Assembly: GCF_018350175.1 (NCBI RefSeq)
Contig: NC_058386.1
Span: forward strand, 89,838,001 to 89,902,000
Length of the DNA stretch: 64,000 nt
Reading direction: 5' to 3'
DNA from: Felis catus
Taxonomy: Eukaryota
The notes below the pieces were generated by a model. That model ran no database searches. It was not told the origin of the DNA and saw only the letters and a list, made by a program, of their open reading frames with translations. Positions 24,690 through 37,369 of this stretch are shown piece by piece. Position 1 is the stretch's first letter. Each line of letters begins with the position of its first letter. The translations under genes were made by a program, and so were the position numbers.

Positions 24690-25150
24690 GGGGCTGAAAA
24701 TTATCCAGAGACTCTCAGTAATAACCTGTTTCCCACCCGTTCAGGTTGTCAGTAGCCTTTGGTTCCCTTGTGGTTATGGGACTGAAGTCTGTCTCCGCTC
24801 TCTCAGCTGTGGGTAGACCCCAGCCTCTAGAGGCTGCCTCGGTGCCTTGGCTCGTGGCCCCCTTTCTCCTCCTCAAAGCTGGTGATAGCGATTGAGTCTC
24901 CCTCATGCTTCGAGTCTCTTCTGCTTTGTCTTTCATAGTCAAGTTTCTCTCACTGACCCATCTGCCTTCTTCTTCCACTTTGAAGGGCCATTGTGATTAC
25001 ACAGGGCCCACCTGGGTGATCCAGAATAATCTCCCTCTATTTAAGGCCAAGTAAGCTTTATTTCATCTGCGCAGTACCTTTTGCTATGTAATGGGAACAC
25101 ATTCACAGGTTCAAGAAATTAGGAAGTGGAAATCCTTGGGGGGGGGGAGC
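24690..25150 (-). mobile_element. MaLR solo LTR (MLT1-like)
   Basis: gggcccacctgggtgatccagaataatctccct; cattcacaggttc..attagga..tggaaatccttggggg. Confidence 0.75.
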
Positions 25151-25401
25151 AGATTATTTTACGTAACTACAGTTCTTTTGCGCATACTTCTGTCTTTCTA
25201 TGAAGTCTACAATATCCATGTTAAATTCCCATCCCTCATAAATAGAGAGTTCATAGAGCTGTGCAGACACGTCTGGGTTTTATGCAGTTCTGTATACTTA
25301 ACACCTTTGGTATCTAATTGAGTCCATTGCTTACTTTTAATTCTCACAACAACCCTGCAAGGTAGGTATTTTTACCCCCGACTTATCTAGACTCAATGAA
25401 G

Positions 25402-25402
25402 T

Positions 25403-25435
<33 letters not shown>

Positions 25436-25474
25436 GAAAAGAAAAGAAAAGAAAAGAAAAGAAAAGAAAAGAAA
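25402..25474. repeat. Poly(A)-(GAAAA)n inside a MIR
   Basis: Direct reading. Confidence 0.9.
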
Positions 25475-27590
25475 GGTTGCCTGAGGCCCACAGCAAGCAA
25501 ATGGTAAAGCTGGAATTTTAAACAGAGTCTGGTCTGGCTCCAAAGCTGAAACCCAGGGCTCTCGCTTCCTGCAAACACAACACTGAATTTGCCCTCCCAG
25601 CCTATGACAGGTGGAGCGATGACTCTGTCCCACTGATTTTGGTCAGGATTAAACTGTGGTGGAAAACAGAAATCATTCTTGTTGTTTATAATTTTCTAAA
25701 AAAGATTTGCTTGCGGGCCCTCACCTGGATGGAACTGATTTCTTTGGGTTGTTTCATGTTAGATGTGTTAAAAATTGACATGTTAGGAGAGCTGATGTGA
25801 AAGGTGAGCTGTTTCACTTACAAATAAATGATTAATATAACCTCATTGTGTAGCTAGTCTGCATCACTGATTCTCTTACTCGGCAGGCTCAGAAAAACAA
25901 CAGGTCAGACAATAAAGTCCATGCTAGCATTAAGACTATCGTGTGGGATGACCACGGATGAGTCAAGGAGAATCGGAAGATAATTAACCCAGAGGAAGCT
26001 CTATGGAGTCCAAAGATAATTTAAAAACGCTCCTTCTCTGACCTGAGACTACCTGACGTTATTAGCGATAGCCACGAATGGGCTAAGGGGAAGAGGTGAG
26101 TTAATTAGAATTATTAGATAAAACGTTTTAAAGAAATTGACAGGGATCAAATTTCAGAGGGAAGCCATTCAATTCAACAGACTTCATTACAGCAATTCAA
26201 CATTGATTAGGGACTATTATGGATGTGGCTGTGGCCCATGTGCATAAGGGGAGCTATAAAGATACTACACTCTTCCTTCCCGACCATCTGTGGAATAGAT
26301 CCCCAAGTTTTGGCAGGATGGTAAAGACCCTCTTACCTACCGATATGGGTGCAATTTATAAAATTGCTTCTGTAAAATAGTATTATGTGCCGCTCTACAC
26401 ATATCTTGTACGCATGCCAGATAGAGCTAGACTGTCAGGCTAAATGTTCAAGCAGCACGAAAGCCTTAGTACTAGCTAACGTACTAATTATCTGGCTATG
26501 TTCACGTTGGTTGCCAAGACTATTCCAAAAACGAAGAATCCCTACCATAGAGGCCCCAATGTGGCCTTACTTGCTGTTGATGGCCCTGGGTCCTTTCTAA
26601 CTGTTTAATACCCATCTCACTCCAGTTATTCTAACTTTTAAATGTCATCCCTCTCTGGTCAGACGTGTCACTCAGGAATACCCTACCCCTGCTGACTTCT
26701 CCTCCAGTATAATCTCACACTGATCCCCACCATCCCGGCTCCTCCTCAAACTGCCACGTTTTGTTCCTTAACATATGCTATTCCCTTTGCCTGGAATACG
26801 CTTGCTTTCCTTGTCTGCTTCCTGATGGCCGCTTTTCACCTGTCCTTCCAGGTCCGTCTCAAATGTCTTTTCTGTGATGCTTTCTCATTGCCACTCAGGT
26901 GCCCCACTAGCCCTCCCCGATCGGCCCCCATTATAATGTATTCCATTGTATGGGAGTCGTGTGCTGGATTTGTGCCCGCTAGAGGGTGAGCTCCTCGAGA
27001 ATAAGGACTGATTTATTCATGGCTAACTTCTCTGAGGCATAAAGGAGGGATTCAGGGCTTATATGTTGAATGAAGCAACGAATGTCCTAGTCCTTTCTTA
27101 TCTTCAGAGGCTATTTCCAGGGCTTTTAAATTTGGTCTCCCTTTTCGGTCAAGAGGTGGTGATAGCTGAAGGCTCTGGAGTCAGATGGACAAGTGTTTGA
27201 ATCTTGTGCGACCATTCGCTGATTTTGTGACATGCTATCAGTTGCTTAACCTCAGTAAAGCCTCTGTGTCCTCTGCTGTAAAATGGATCTGATAATAGAT
27301 GTCATCTCCACGGGTTGTTGTGAGGATGCCATGAGACAACACAGGTATAGTGTCCGCTACAAAATAAGCACTCAAACTGTTTCTTTCAGTCCACTTTCAC
27401 TAGTCCTCTGGCTCACGCTCCACTGCCTTCCAGACTTCTCTTCCTGCACTGCTTCTTCCCTCACTTCTCTTTTCCCTCTTCTTACCAACGTATCTCTTTT
27501 TTTTTTTTCCTCAAAATCTCCTCTTCCTTTCCCAATCCCCTCCCTCCAGCACCCTCAACCTTTGGCAAAACTACATCTCGGGGTGGGGGG

Positions 27591-27820
27591 GGGGTGCCTG
27601 GGTGGCTCAGTCGGTTGAGCGTCCAACTCTTGATTTCGGCTCAGGTCATGATCTCACGATTCGTGAGATCGATCCCTGCATCGGGGTCTGCGTGGAGCGT
27701 GGAGCCTGCTTGGAATTCTCTCTCTCTCCCTCTCTCTCTGCCCCTACCCTGCTCATTCTCTGTCTCTCTTTCAAAATAAATAATAACTAAACTAAACTAA
27801 ACACCCAAACAAACAAAAAA
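27591..27820 (+). mobile_element. CAN-SINE
   Basis: TSD aaaactacatct. Confidence 0.95.
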
Positions 27821-27899
27821 CTACATCTTAGCCAGGTCAACCCCAACCCCAGATATTCTCCTCTGACTGTATGACCTGACTGCGGTTCAGCCAGCAGAG

Positions 27900-28560
27900 T
27901 CCATTCCTCTGAGCAGCGTTGCCACAGGACATCTTACATGTGGAAGGTGAGAGCTTGGCGGCTGATGGCTGCTGGTCCCCCTGCCCCCATATCTCTCCCT
28001 GTTGCCTGGGAGGCCTGTCACAAATCCCGCCAATGGTGCCTGATTCCCGTGAGTCCAACTGTGGGGGCGCCTGGGCAAGGCAGGATTATTCTTTACGTCT
28101 GAGGGCAAATTGCTTTATTAGAGCCTTTCCTGTCAGGGAGAGGAGAGGGAAGGGTTATAGGGAGTTGACTCCCCAGGGAAGAGGAAGGCCCGGCGAGCAG
28201 GGGCGGGGCCTGAGGGTGCAGGAAATCAGCCAACCGACCGAAGGCTGCGCCGGCTCCGTTTTGCCCAGGGTGGACCCTGTGTGTCGCAACGGTTGTGTGC
28301 TTTGACATCACCAAGGTTGGGAAGCCAGGCCTCCGAGGGAGTGGTGGTGGGGCTGAGCTCATCCTGAAATGATGTGGGCTGGGATTCCCAGAGGGCAGAG
28401 ACGAGGACCCGGGTGGAGGACATGCTTCTGTGGGGGTCTAAAGAGAAAAAGAGGGCCTGCGTTTCTCTGAGCTTCGAGCGGAAGTGGGGGTTGCGAGTAG
28501 GTGGCAGCCGAAAACGGGCCCTGGGGAGGGGTCTCCTTGCTCGGACTGGCAACAGAAGGA
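27900..28560. promoter_or_regulatory. CpG-enriched promoter-like region
   Basis: GC box GGGGCGGGGC 28200-28209, CCAAT 28030-28034, ETS GCGGAAGTG 28478-28486, MYB-type CAACGG at about 28287, raised CpG density. Confidence 0.5.
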
Positions 28561-29307
28561 GGGGGAGCTCAAGGACTTCGCCCCTTGGCTTCAGGAGGCA
28601 AACAACTTCTGAGGGTATGGCAGACCTCGCTGAGTGTTTCTCCTCAAGGAGGTTAGCCCCTAAGTGAAGGCGCTTGGTCGGTAGAAGGCAACTGGGGGTT
28701 CCTCAGTGCAGATAACCAGGCCCTCAGAAGCCCCTTCCTGTAGGCTTTTGGGCTTTCTTTATCCCTTGCCGAGCTCTGTCATCCTCTGGAATGGGCGTGA
28801 GAGGGCAGAGGGGCAGCCGGTCTCCCTGCCCCTGCTCCTCACAGAACACACCTTAAACACGGGGCCGGAGACACGACCTCCCCCCCCCCCCCCACAGGGA
28901 TTCTACCACACCCTGCAAACCCCACGTGAGGATGCTTATTCTGAAAACCCATGGGCCTCTTCCTAGGCGCTACAGGGCCAAATATTTGAAATCATTATAA
29001 CGATAACAAGAACCATTTGGCGACCGTTTCGTTCATTCCTTGGAGATGCATTGCCAGGGGTCACTGTATATACAGGTCTTGAAGGTGGGCTCAAGCTGAG
29101 GAGCAATGGGGAGGTTCCCTGTTACACATGCACGCGCATGCGCTCGCACACACACACGCACACACAGCCATCTTCCTCAAAATGTGTCCACGGGACCCAG
29201 GCAGCAGAGTTGGGGCACACTGGCGACACATGCTCTGTCTGCCGCCAGAAGGTCCCTGTCATTCCCAAGTGCCACCGCTGAACCAGATTCCCCTTAAACA
29301 GATCCAC

Positions 29308-30050
29308 AGTCCCATACATATCATTCCGAAGCCCAAAAAGCTCCGAAAACTGAGAGCCTTTTTTAAGTTTATGGCAAACTCATCTGGCAGCAAAACTTGA
29401 ACTGGGATGCGGCTCTTTATAGTCTTTATTTCTCACACCCTGTGTGAATGTTCTCGTGTTTGTGCTCCAGAAATATCAATGTACTTCATTACTGGGTGCT
29501 CCCTCCGACCCCTCTAGAGGCAATATATACTATTATGCCAAATGCATGCCTATCACCTTTTTTTAAAGTTTTATGTATGTATGTATGTATGTATGTATGT
29601 ATGTATTTTTGAGAGGGGCTAGGGAGAGGCAGAGAGAGAGGGAAACAGAAAATCCCAAGCAGGGGCACCTGGGTGGCTCAGTCAGTTAAGTGTCCAACTT
29701 TAGCTTGGGTCATGATCTCGCGGTTCATGGGTTTGAGCCCCGTGTCGGGCTCTGTGCTGATGGCTCAGAGCCTGGAGTCTGCCTCGGATTCTGTGTGTGT
29801 CTCTCTCTATCTGCCCCTACCCCACTTGCACTTTCTCTCTCTCAAAAATAAATAAACATTAAAAAAATTAAAAAAAAAAATCCCAAACAGGCTCCACCCT
29901 GGCAGTGCAGAGCCAGACACAGGGCTGGAACTCACCAACCTCGAGATCACGCGCTGAGTCGGAATCAAGAGCTGGTCGCTTAACCGACTGAGCCACCCAG
30001 ATGTCCCCACCCTATCGCCTTTTTAAAAATCCAAAGCGTTCCAAATTCCT
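29308..30050. mobile_element. MER46C-like Tigger element interrupted by nested CAN-SINEs (outer minus 29558-30008, inner plus 29662-29880)
   Basis: aaactcatctggcagcaaaac. Outer TSD cctatc(a/g)ccttttt, inner TSD aaaatcccaa(g/a)ca. Confidence 0.85.
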
Positions 30051-30334
30051 GGTGTTGTAGAACACATGCCGCTGTCTTGTAACGATCGATTTGGCATGTT
30101 TCTCTCTTGTGACACTGAACTTCTCCAGTGCCTGGCACACAGTCCAGCATGTGGTTGGGGCTCTACCCATGTTTCAGGAGTGAAGAATGAATGGACCTCA
30201 GTGGTTAAGGAGACTCGTTGTGACCAAGTTCTTTCTTACATCTCACCTAAAGTGCTTCCTGCTACCATTCATTTATTCTGTGCTATCAATAGCAAGGAAG
30301 AGCAGCTGGTCGGCTTCCTTCATTTTTTTTTTTT

Positions 30335-30460
30335 CCTCTTGAGGCTAAATCATCCTTATAATCCGAACACCTTTAACCTTTCCCCCTAGATCTTCTTCTC
30401 AATCCCTTAATCGTCTTCATTGCTATCTTCTGAAGCCTTTACAGGTTCTTTCATTCTGAA
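30335..30460 (-). mobile_element. CR1/L3 LINE ORF2 3' fragment
   Basis: Minus translation L*RLQKIAMKTIKGL..GERLKVFG..FSLKR versus CR1 LERVQRRATKMIKGL..EERLKELGLFSLEKRR. Confidence 0.65.
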
Positions 30461-31720
30461 ATTATGGCCTAGTGCTTAGGATCAGGCTGCAAAGAGCTTG
30501 GTTATTACATGTAATAGGCCTTCCGTTTCTATGGTGAACTTTTCCAATCTGTTGCATTTGGCTGGGCTAAGAGGCTTTGCCTTTTCAAATACACTTTCGG
30601 GGCAAACTCGAGGGGCCACGAATGACTTTCTTCCAAGCATGCTGGTTGGTAAAAGGAAGGAAAAACAGCACTCTGACCGTTAGGAAAGGTAATTACAGAA
30701 AGTAGAAAGCCACAGGTAATATACCTAAAAGGAACTTACATGCAAAAAGCACCATTGACAATCACAGTGACCTCAGCCTGTCATTTCTACTTGGGGAGAA
30801 GCAGCCTTATTTGTTTACATCATGTGCCCTTTCTCTAACAAGATTGCTAAAGGCCATTTCTGACCACTTACTTCCCATTAAATGAGGGGAATGAAACTGA
30901 CTTGGTCCGGGTTACTGCAAAACCACTGGATTAAGTTAAACTCTTCGCTAATTAAGTCTGTTAGACTTCCTGTAACTCACGATTTTTCTTGGCATACGTA
31001 AAAGCATTTGATTCAGAGGCAAAATGTATCGTATTAATAACCAGGAAACAACAAAGTACACATGGTGGTGGCATTTTCAGCAGTGAATTCTGTCATCTAC
31101 GTTCTGTTGGAACTGGCATAATGATTTCTCATGATAACCCAAAGTGTTTCCTTTTGGGGTGAAAATTATGTACCCGGATGGAGATTCAGAGAGGAGTGTT
31201 TTGTTTTGTTTTGTTTTGCCAATTAAGTTAGAAAAATCTATTCAGGTGTTGCATGTTGCATCTCCTAAGCATGAGTCAGAGCTTTTTGGTGGGGTTTTGT
31301 GTACGTGCATTTTCTAAGAGGCACTGTTGGGCTTTTATGTACCGGTCATTCTTTTTTAAAAGGTCTTATTACGATTTTGCTACCCTTTTTTGTGTGGTTA
31401 AGCACCTCAGGGAAAGAGATGTGGGATGCCTAATTGTAAAGGCAGGTGGTAAAGGGAGGAATATTGAAATTGGATGACCAAGAGATCCCAGAGAGGGGCC
31501 TCAGTGATGGAAAGGAGCCCCTTCTGGGCAAGTAGGTGGGGGCATAAAAGTCAGATTAACCTGAGGGGGAGAAGGAGCTGTTTGTAAGAATATTTTCTTT
31601 CCCTCAGCATCTTACCATTTCTTCCTTCAGTGTTATGGAAGAGATTAGAATTTTCTTTCAGTTTCTAGATATCTTTGGCCAACACTAGTAATGGTCATTT
31701 TCTCTCCTTTATTTTTAAAA

Positions 31721-31943
31721 ACGTTTTTTAATGTTTTATTTATTCTTGAGAGAGAGAGAAAAAGAGAGAGAGAGAGCATGAGCAAGGGAGGAGCAGAGTG
31801 AGAGAGGGACACACAATCCAAAGCAGGCTCCAGGCTCTGAGCTGTCAGCACAGAGCCCAATGTGGGGCTCGAACTCACAAGATGCGAGATCAGGACCTGA
31901 GCCAAAGTTGGACACTCAACCCACTGAGCCACCCAAGCGCCCC
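31721..31943 (-). mobile_element. CAN-SINE
   Basis: Consensus match. Confidence 0.95.
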
Positions 31944-31959
31944 TCTCTCTTTTATTTTT

Positions 31960-32925
31960 AAAGATCTTCTTAAAAATTTGAGAATAGTTGACATGCAATG
32001 TTACATTAGTTTCAGGTGTACAACGTAGTGATTCAATACCTCTATACATTATGCTGTGCTCACCGCAACTGTGGCTACCATCTGTCATCATGCAAACCTA
32101 TTACAATATCATTGACTATATTCCCTATGCTGTGCCTTTTATTTCCATGATTTTTATTCATTCCGCAATACAGATCATATATGAAAAAAAAAAACCCCAC
32201 AGCTAACATAATACTCAATGGTGGAAAAACAGAGCTTTTCCTCTAAGATCAGGAGCAAGACAAGGATGGTCAGTCTCACCACTTTTATTCAGCATAGTCC
32301 TGGAAGTCCTAGCCACAGCAATTAGACAAGAAAAAGAAATAAGAAGCATCCATGTGAGTAAGGAAGAAATTACACCGTTACTATTTGCAGATGACGTGAT
32401 ACTACACACAGAAAACCCTAAAGAGTCCACCAAAAAAACTACTAGAAGTAAGAAATGAACTCAGTAAAGTTGTAGGATACAAAATTAATGCCCAGCAATG
32501 GGTAACATTTCTATACACTAATAACGAAGGAACAGAAAGCAAAATTTAGAAAATAATTCCATTTACTATTGGACCAAAAAGAAAAAAATGCCTAAGAATA
32601 AACTTAACCCAGGAGGTGAGGCACCTGTACTTTGCAAACTAGAAGAAATGGAAGAGGATGTAAACAAATGGAAAGATACTCCATGCTCACAGATTGAGAG
32701 AATACTGTTAGAATGTCCATATATGTGAGGCAAGCTACAGATTCAACGCAATCCCTATCAAAATACCAGCAGCATTTTTCACAGAACTAGAATAAATCAT
32801 AGTAAAATGTGTATGGAACCGCAAAAGACCTTGAATATCGAAAGCAATCTTGAGAAAGAAGAACAAAGCTGAAGCTATCGTAAGTCCAGATTTCAAGATA
32901 TACTACAAAGCCTTAGCAGTCAAAA
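31960..32925. mobile_element. L1 with inverted structure: 3' UTR minus (31960-32165) joined to ORF2 RT segment plus (32170-32925)
   Basis: ttacattagtttcaggtgtacaa (L1 3' end, reversed). Plus strand [22 protein letters not shown] motifs with disruptions. Confidence 0.85.
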
Positions 32926-32939
32926 CATTATCTCTTTTA

Positions 32940-33171
32940 TTTTTTTATTATTTATTTATTTTTTTTTTCAACGTTTATTTATTTTTGGGACAGAGAGAGA
33001 CAGAGCATGAACGGGCGAGGGGCAGAGAGAGAGGGAGACACAGAATCGGAAACAGGCTCCAGGCTCTGAGCCATCAGCCCAGAGCCCGACGCGGGGCTCG
33101 AACTCACGGACCGCGAGATCGTGACCTGGCTGAAGTCGGACGCTTAACCGACTGCACCACCCAGGCGCCCC
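32940..33171 (-). mobile_element. Very young felid CAN-SINE
   Basis: CpGs largely intact, perfect 18-bp TSD AAAACATTATCTCTTTTA (32922-32939, 33172-33189). Confidence 0.97.
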
Positions 33172-33698
33172 AAAACATTATCTCTTTTAAAGAATATATA
33201 GTAAGCTACCTTTTTAGGGCACATTAACTATGTGGTAGGTTCTATGCTGTGTGCTTTGCCTCGAATATCTCTTTTAATCCTCACAGTAATCCATCAGGGA
33301 AGGTACTGGCTCAGAGAGGTTAGGCAGCCTGAGCAAGGTCACACAGCTAAGAAAATGGCGGAGCCAAAACTTAAACCCAGATCTGCCTGACATCAAAACC
33401 TGGCTCTGAACCACTCTGTAAGTCCTTGTAAAGTTAAACAGGTGCTCTAATAAGTATGACTATTTTTGTTTTTGTTTTACCAAATAGCAGAACGTCTGGT
33501 CTGGTTGGTTTTGTGAGGCTTTAATTACAGCAACTAAAAGGAGGTTGACATATTCAGAAAGTTCTAGCTGAAGGGCTTTCTATTACTTTGTCTAGGGATT
33601 TGTTCTTCTTCCCCCTCCCTTTACTCACTCCCCAACTGAGTAGCAATTTCTTCAAGGGAAGGTTCTAGGCCAATTCTTATACTTCTCTGCTTTCTTTT

Positions 33699-34956
33699 TT
33701 TATTTTTATTTTTAGTGTTTATTTATTTTTGAGAGAGAGAAAGAGAGAGCTGGGGAGGGGCAGAAAGAGGGAAACACAGAATCCGAATCAGGGTCCAGGC
33801 TCTGAGCTGTCAGCACAGAGCCCAACGCGGGGCTGGAACTCGTGAACCGCAAGGTCATGATCTGAGCTGAAGTCACACACTTAACCAACTGAGTCACCCA
33901 GGTGCCCCATACTTCTCTGCTTTCTTTTGCCTCCAGAGTGCCACACACATAGTAGGTGCTCAATAAATATTGACTGACTGATGAATGATTGAATGCTCCC
34001 ATCAATGGTTCCTGCATCGTTCCAAGACCCTTTCTTAATGTGAAGCAAACAGGTTAGAACATTCAAGATGTCTGTTACCTTAACCTAGCTGCTTGAACTG
34101 AGATGACTTTTTAAAACATTTTTTAAATGTTTATTTACTTTTGAGAGAGAGAGAGACCGACCAGGGGAAGGGCAGAGAGAGAGGGAGCAGAGGATCCGAA
34201 GCAGGCTCCAGGCTCCGAGCTGTGTGCATGGAGCCCGACACAGGGCTCAACCCTACGAACCGTGAGATCGTGACCTGAGCCAAAGTTGGACACTCAACTG
34301 ACTGAGCCACCCACGTGCCCCGAGATGACTTTTTAATATTGTCTCTGCACAGGAGCTGAATGCTCTTCTTGGCACCTGGATGATTGATTTTGTTTTTCCC
34401 CTTTCCTCCAGAAGCTCTGGCATGGGACGGACACATGCAGCGCAGTTCACCAGACATCTTTTCAGACAATTCTTGAATTTTCTAAGGAAGCAGGCACCAT
34501 ATTTAAATATAGTTCCTGGAGCGTCTGGGTGGCTCAGTCGGTTGAGTGTCCAACTCTTGGTTTTGCCTCAGGTCATGATCCCGGGGTCGTGGGAATGAGC
34601 ACTGTGTCGGGCTCTGCACTGAGCATGGAGCCTGCTTGGGATTCTCTCTCCCTCTCCCTCTGCCCCTCTCCCGCTCGCTCTCTCTCTCTCTCTCTCAAAA
34701 AATAAAAAGAATTTAAAAAATATAAATAGGGACACCTGGGTAGCTCAGTCGGTCGAGCGTCTGACTTCAGCTCAGGTCATGATCTCGTGGTTCATGAATT
34801 CGAGCCCCATGTCGGGGTCCAGGCTGACAGCTCGGAGTCTGGAACCTGCTTCGGATTCTGTGTCTCCCTCTCTCTCTGCCCCTCCCCCACTCACAGTCTG
34901 TGTGTCTCTCTCTCTCTCAAAAATGAGTAAACATTAAAAGATAAATAAATAAATAA
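33699..34956. mobile_element. Cluster of four CAN-SINEs (33699-33908 minus, 34115-34321 minus, 34518-34727 plus, 34729-34956 plus)
   Basis: Consensus matches, TSDs atacttctctgctttctttt and gagatgactttttaa. Confidence 0.95.
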
Positions 34957-36069
34957 AGTTCCTAGTTAATTCTGCTTCCCAATGACTGCATCTCAGATGT
35001 TTATTGTGGAATGAGATGGGATAGCAAAAATAAAAATACATTCTGGTCAGCTTCACAAAAGCTTCTAATTTGGTCTAGAAGATAAAGTGGAAACATGCAG
35101 CATGGGACAAGTTAGCAGAGCCTGTTTTCCGTGCACACCATGTGATTCCCAGGATAGAAACAATAACTATCATTTTCTGGGGGCTTACTAAGCACCAGGC
35201 ACATGCTTAGCATCTTATGGGGCATTCACTTCACTTCATCCTTAGAAGGACACAGTGGAGGTGGGTACTGTTATTACTGCTACTTACCTTCCAGATCCGC
35301 AAGCCGCAGCTCAGGGAGTCCGAGTGGAACTCTGAAAGTCCCTCGGTAGTATGAGGGAGACCTTGGATTTAAACTCAGGGCTGTCTGATTTCAGAGCCCC
35401 TACTCCTGGCTACAATGCTCAGCAGGGGAACAGCGCTGGCTTCTCAAATGGTTTGGGGCTATTTGAGCGATGCTGACAAGAAAGCTGTTTACAGGAGGAT
35501 AGAAGAAAGCCCCAAGGGTGGCTGACTCTCTTTGTCGTCCTATTTGTGGAAGAGAATTATTTCCTTTTTCATTACCTAAGGGAATCTAGCTGCGGGCAAA
35601 AAAAAGCCACAGGGATCTGGTGACACCCGAGTTCCGAGTTCCAACCCCGTGGACGTGGTCTACTGTTTATCAACAGTCTGGGGCTGGCATGGAGGGCCAG
35701 TGGGGGGTGCTGGGGTGCAGAGAGGAAGGGATGGTATCTGCAGGTAGTGACGATCTGGGTATGGGGTAGGAGACCCGGCTTCAGGAGCTGAGTTCAGTGG
35801 GGGCGCCCAAAGACAGTGGCCGCAACAGGTTACAGTCTAGACAAGCAATTGGCCTTGGTAGAAGCAGCCGTCCTCCCCAGCCTGGCCAGCTGAACCGATC
35901 AAGAACAGTGTAGGATTTATGAGTCCCAACAAGGCACTGGTAGCAAGGACTGGACTCTATTCCTTGGCGGTGGGTGTGGGGGGGTGGGGGCAGGAGTGAA
36001 GGGGATGGCAGCCCAGGGAGAGAGAACTAGACAAAGCCTCTATTCCACCAGAATTGAAAGACAAGACCT

Positions 36070-36543
36070 GTGGCTCGCAACTGAGGCAATACTGCCCCCT
36101 AGGGGACTTTAGGAAAATTTGTGAAGTCCTTTAGTGGCCTGGAAACGGGGATGCTGGATGCCCAGGGCCATCTTGCAAAATGAAAAATAGTGATGCTGCT
36201 TTTGGGGTTAGAGTCACCAATACAATGCTCCTTTATGAGTTTGTAAAGCTGTTGCATTTACGGGGATTCTATATGAAGGCACAAGCCTCAGCCTAATTCA
36301 CTTGGTCTTTCAGTACAGTCCTGTGTGAGCATTTACATATTTCAATCTGTGGTAGTTTATTATGGATCCTTTTCATTTCCTCTTGGAAATGGACATTTAT
36401 TGATCTTTTTTTTTAAGTTTCTGTGTGTAGACAGATTACGGTATCTATGAATTTCATTTCAGGATAGTCAGGGGCTACAACAACAACAAAAAAGATTTAT
36501 TATAGGAAAGAGGTGTTGGTTCTGATAAGGTTGAAACCCATCG
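36070..36543. mobile_element. MER20/MER20B-like hAT element
   Basis: Start gcaatactgccccctaggggacttt, end aaggttgaaaccca. Confidence 0.55.
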
Positions 36544-37369
36544 TGCTAGCCTGTTGGCTTCCTAAGAGCCAGGGCCATGGCTGTTTTGCTCCCATTTGGC
36601 CTAATTAACCCAGCGTCGGGTCAGAGTAGGTGCTTAGTAAATAACAGGCGAGTGGAGAATGAATAATGCATGTGTACTCAAGCACAGAGCCAGAGAGTCG
36701 AGGATCTAGGTCAGCAGAGTAGGGGGATAAAGCCAACAGGAAATGGGGGCTCTCGCTTGCCAAAAGAGGCCAGGATCCCAGTTATGAGAAGAGGGTCCTG
36801 TGCTTTTTACAGGCTTCATGTTACAAGTCACGCTTTGGCCCGAGGCCTGAGGTCCGATGGTCCCAGCGATGGACAGAGATGTGTTCACACCCTCACTTGC
36901 TGTTATCAACTTCGGGAGCCATAAGATCTCACCAGCTAAAGGGAAGTGTGTTACCCAGTGGGGCTCTACCTCTTTGAATTGTGTCACCCAGGCTGAGGCA
37001 CAGATGACCCCAGGGAAAATGAACCTCAAGTGCGGTCCCTACAATATGTCAATGCCTTCTACTTCCTCAGTGGGGTCTTAGGCTACATTAGCCTTCAGGT
37101 GGATCCCGTCCCCCATTTTTCTGCTACCGCTACTGTTGTTTTTTATTCTCATGATCCCCATCCCCATTAAGAATGTGTGAACCCCTTCTTTCTGGGTCCT
37201 GTCCTCAAAGGTGACTGCTCCGTATCTGATAAATGAATGGCTAAAGCTTTCAGGGCTCTTGATAAGATAGTGGGCTCCATTCTTTTTTTGGGGGGCAGGG
37301 GCAGGGAAGGGAAGGAAGCACCTTTCTAATGTCAGAGGTAGAAGTGACCCTGAGCTCATCTGGTTCACT

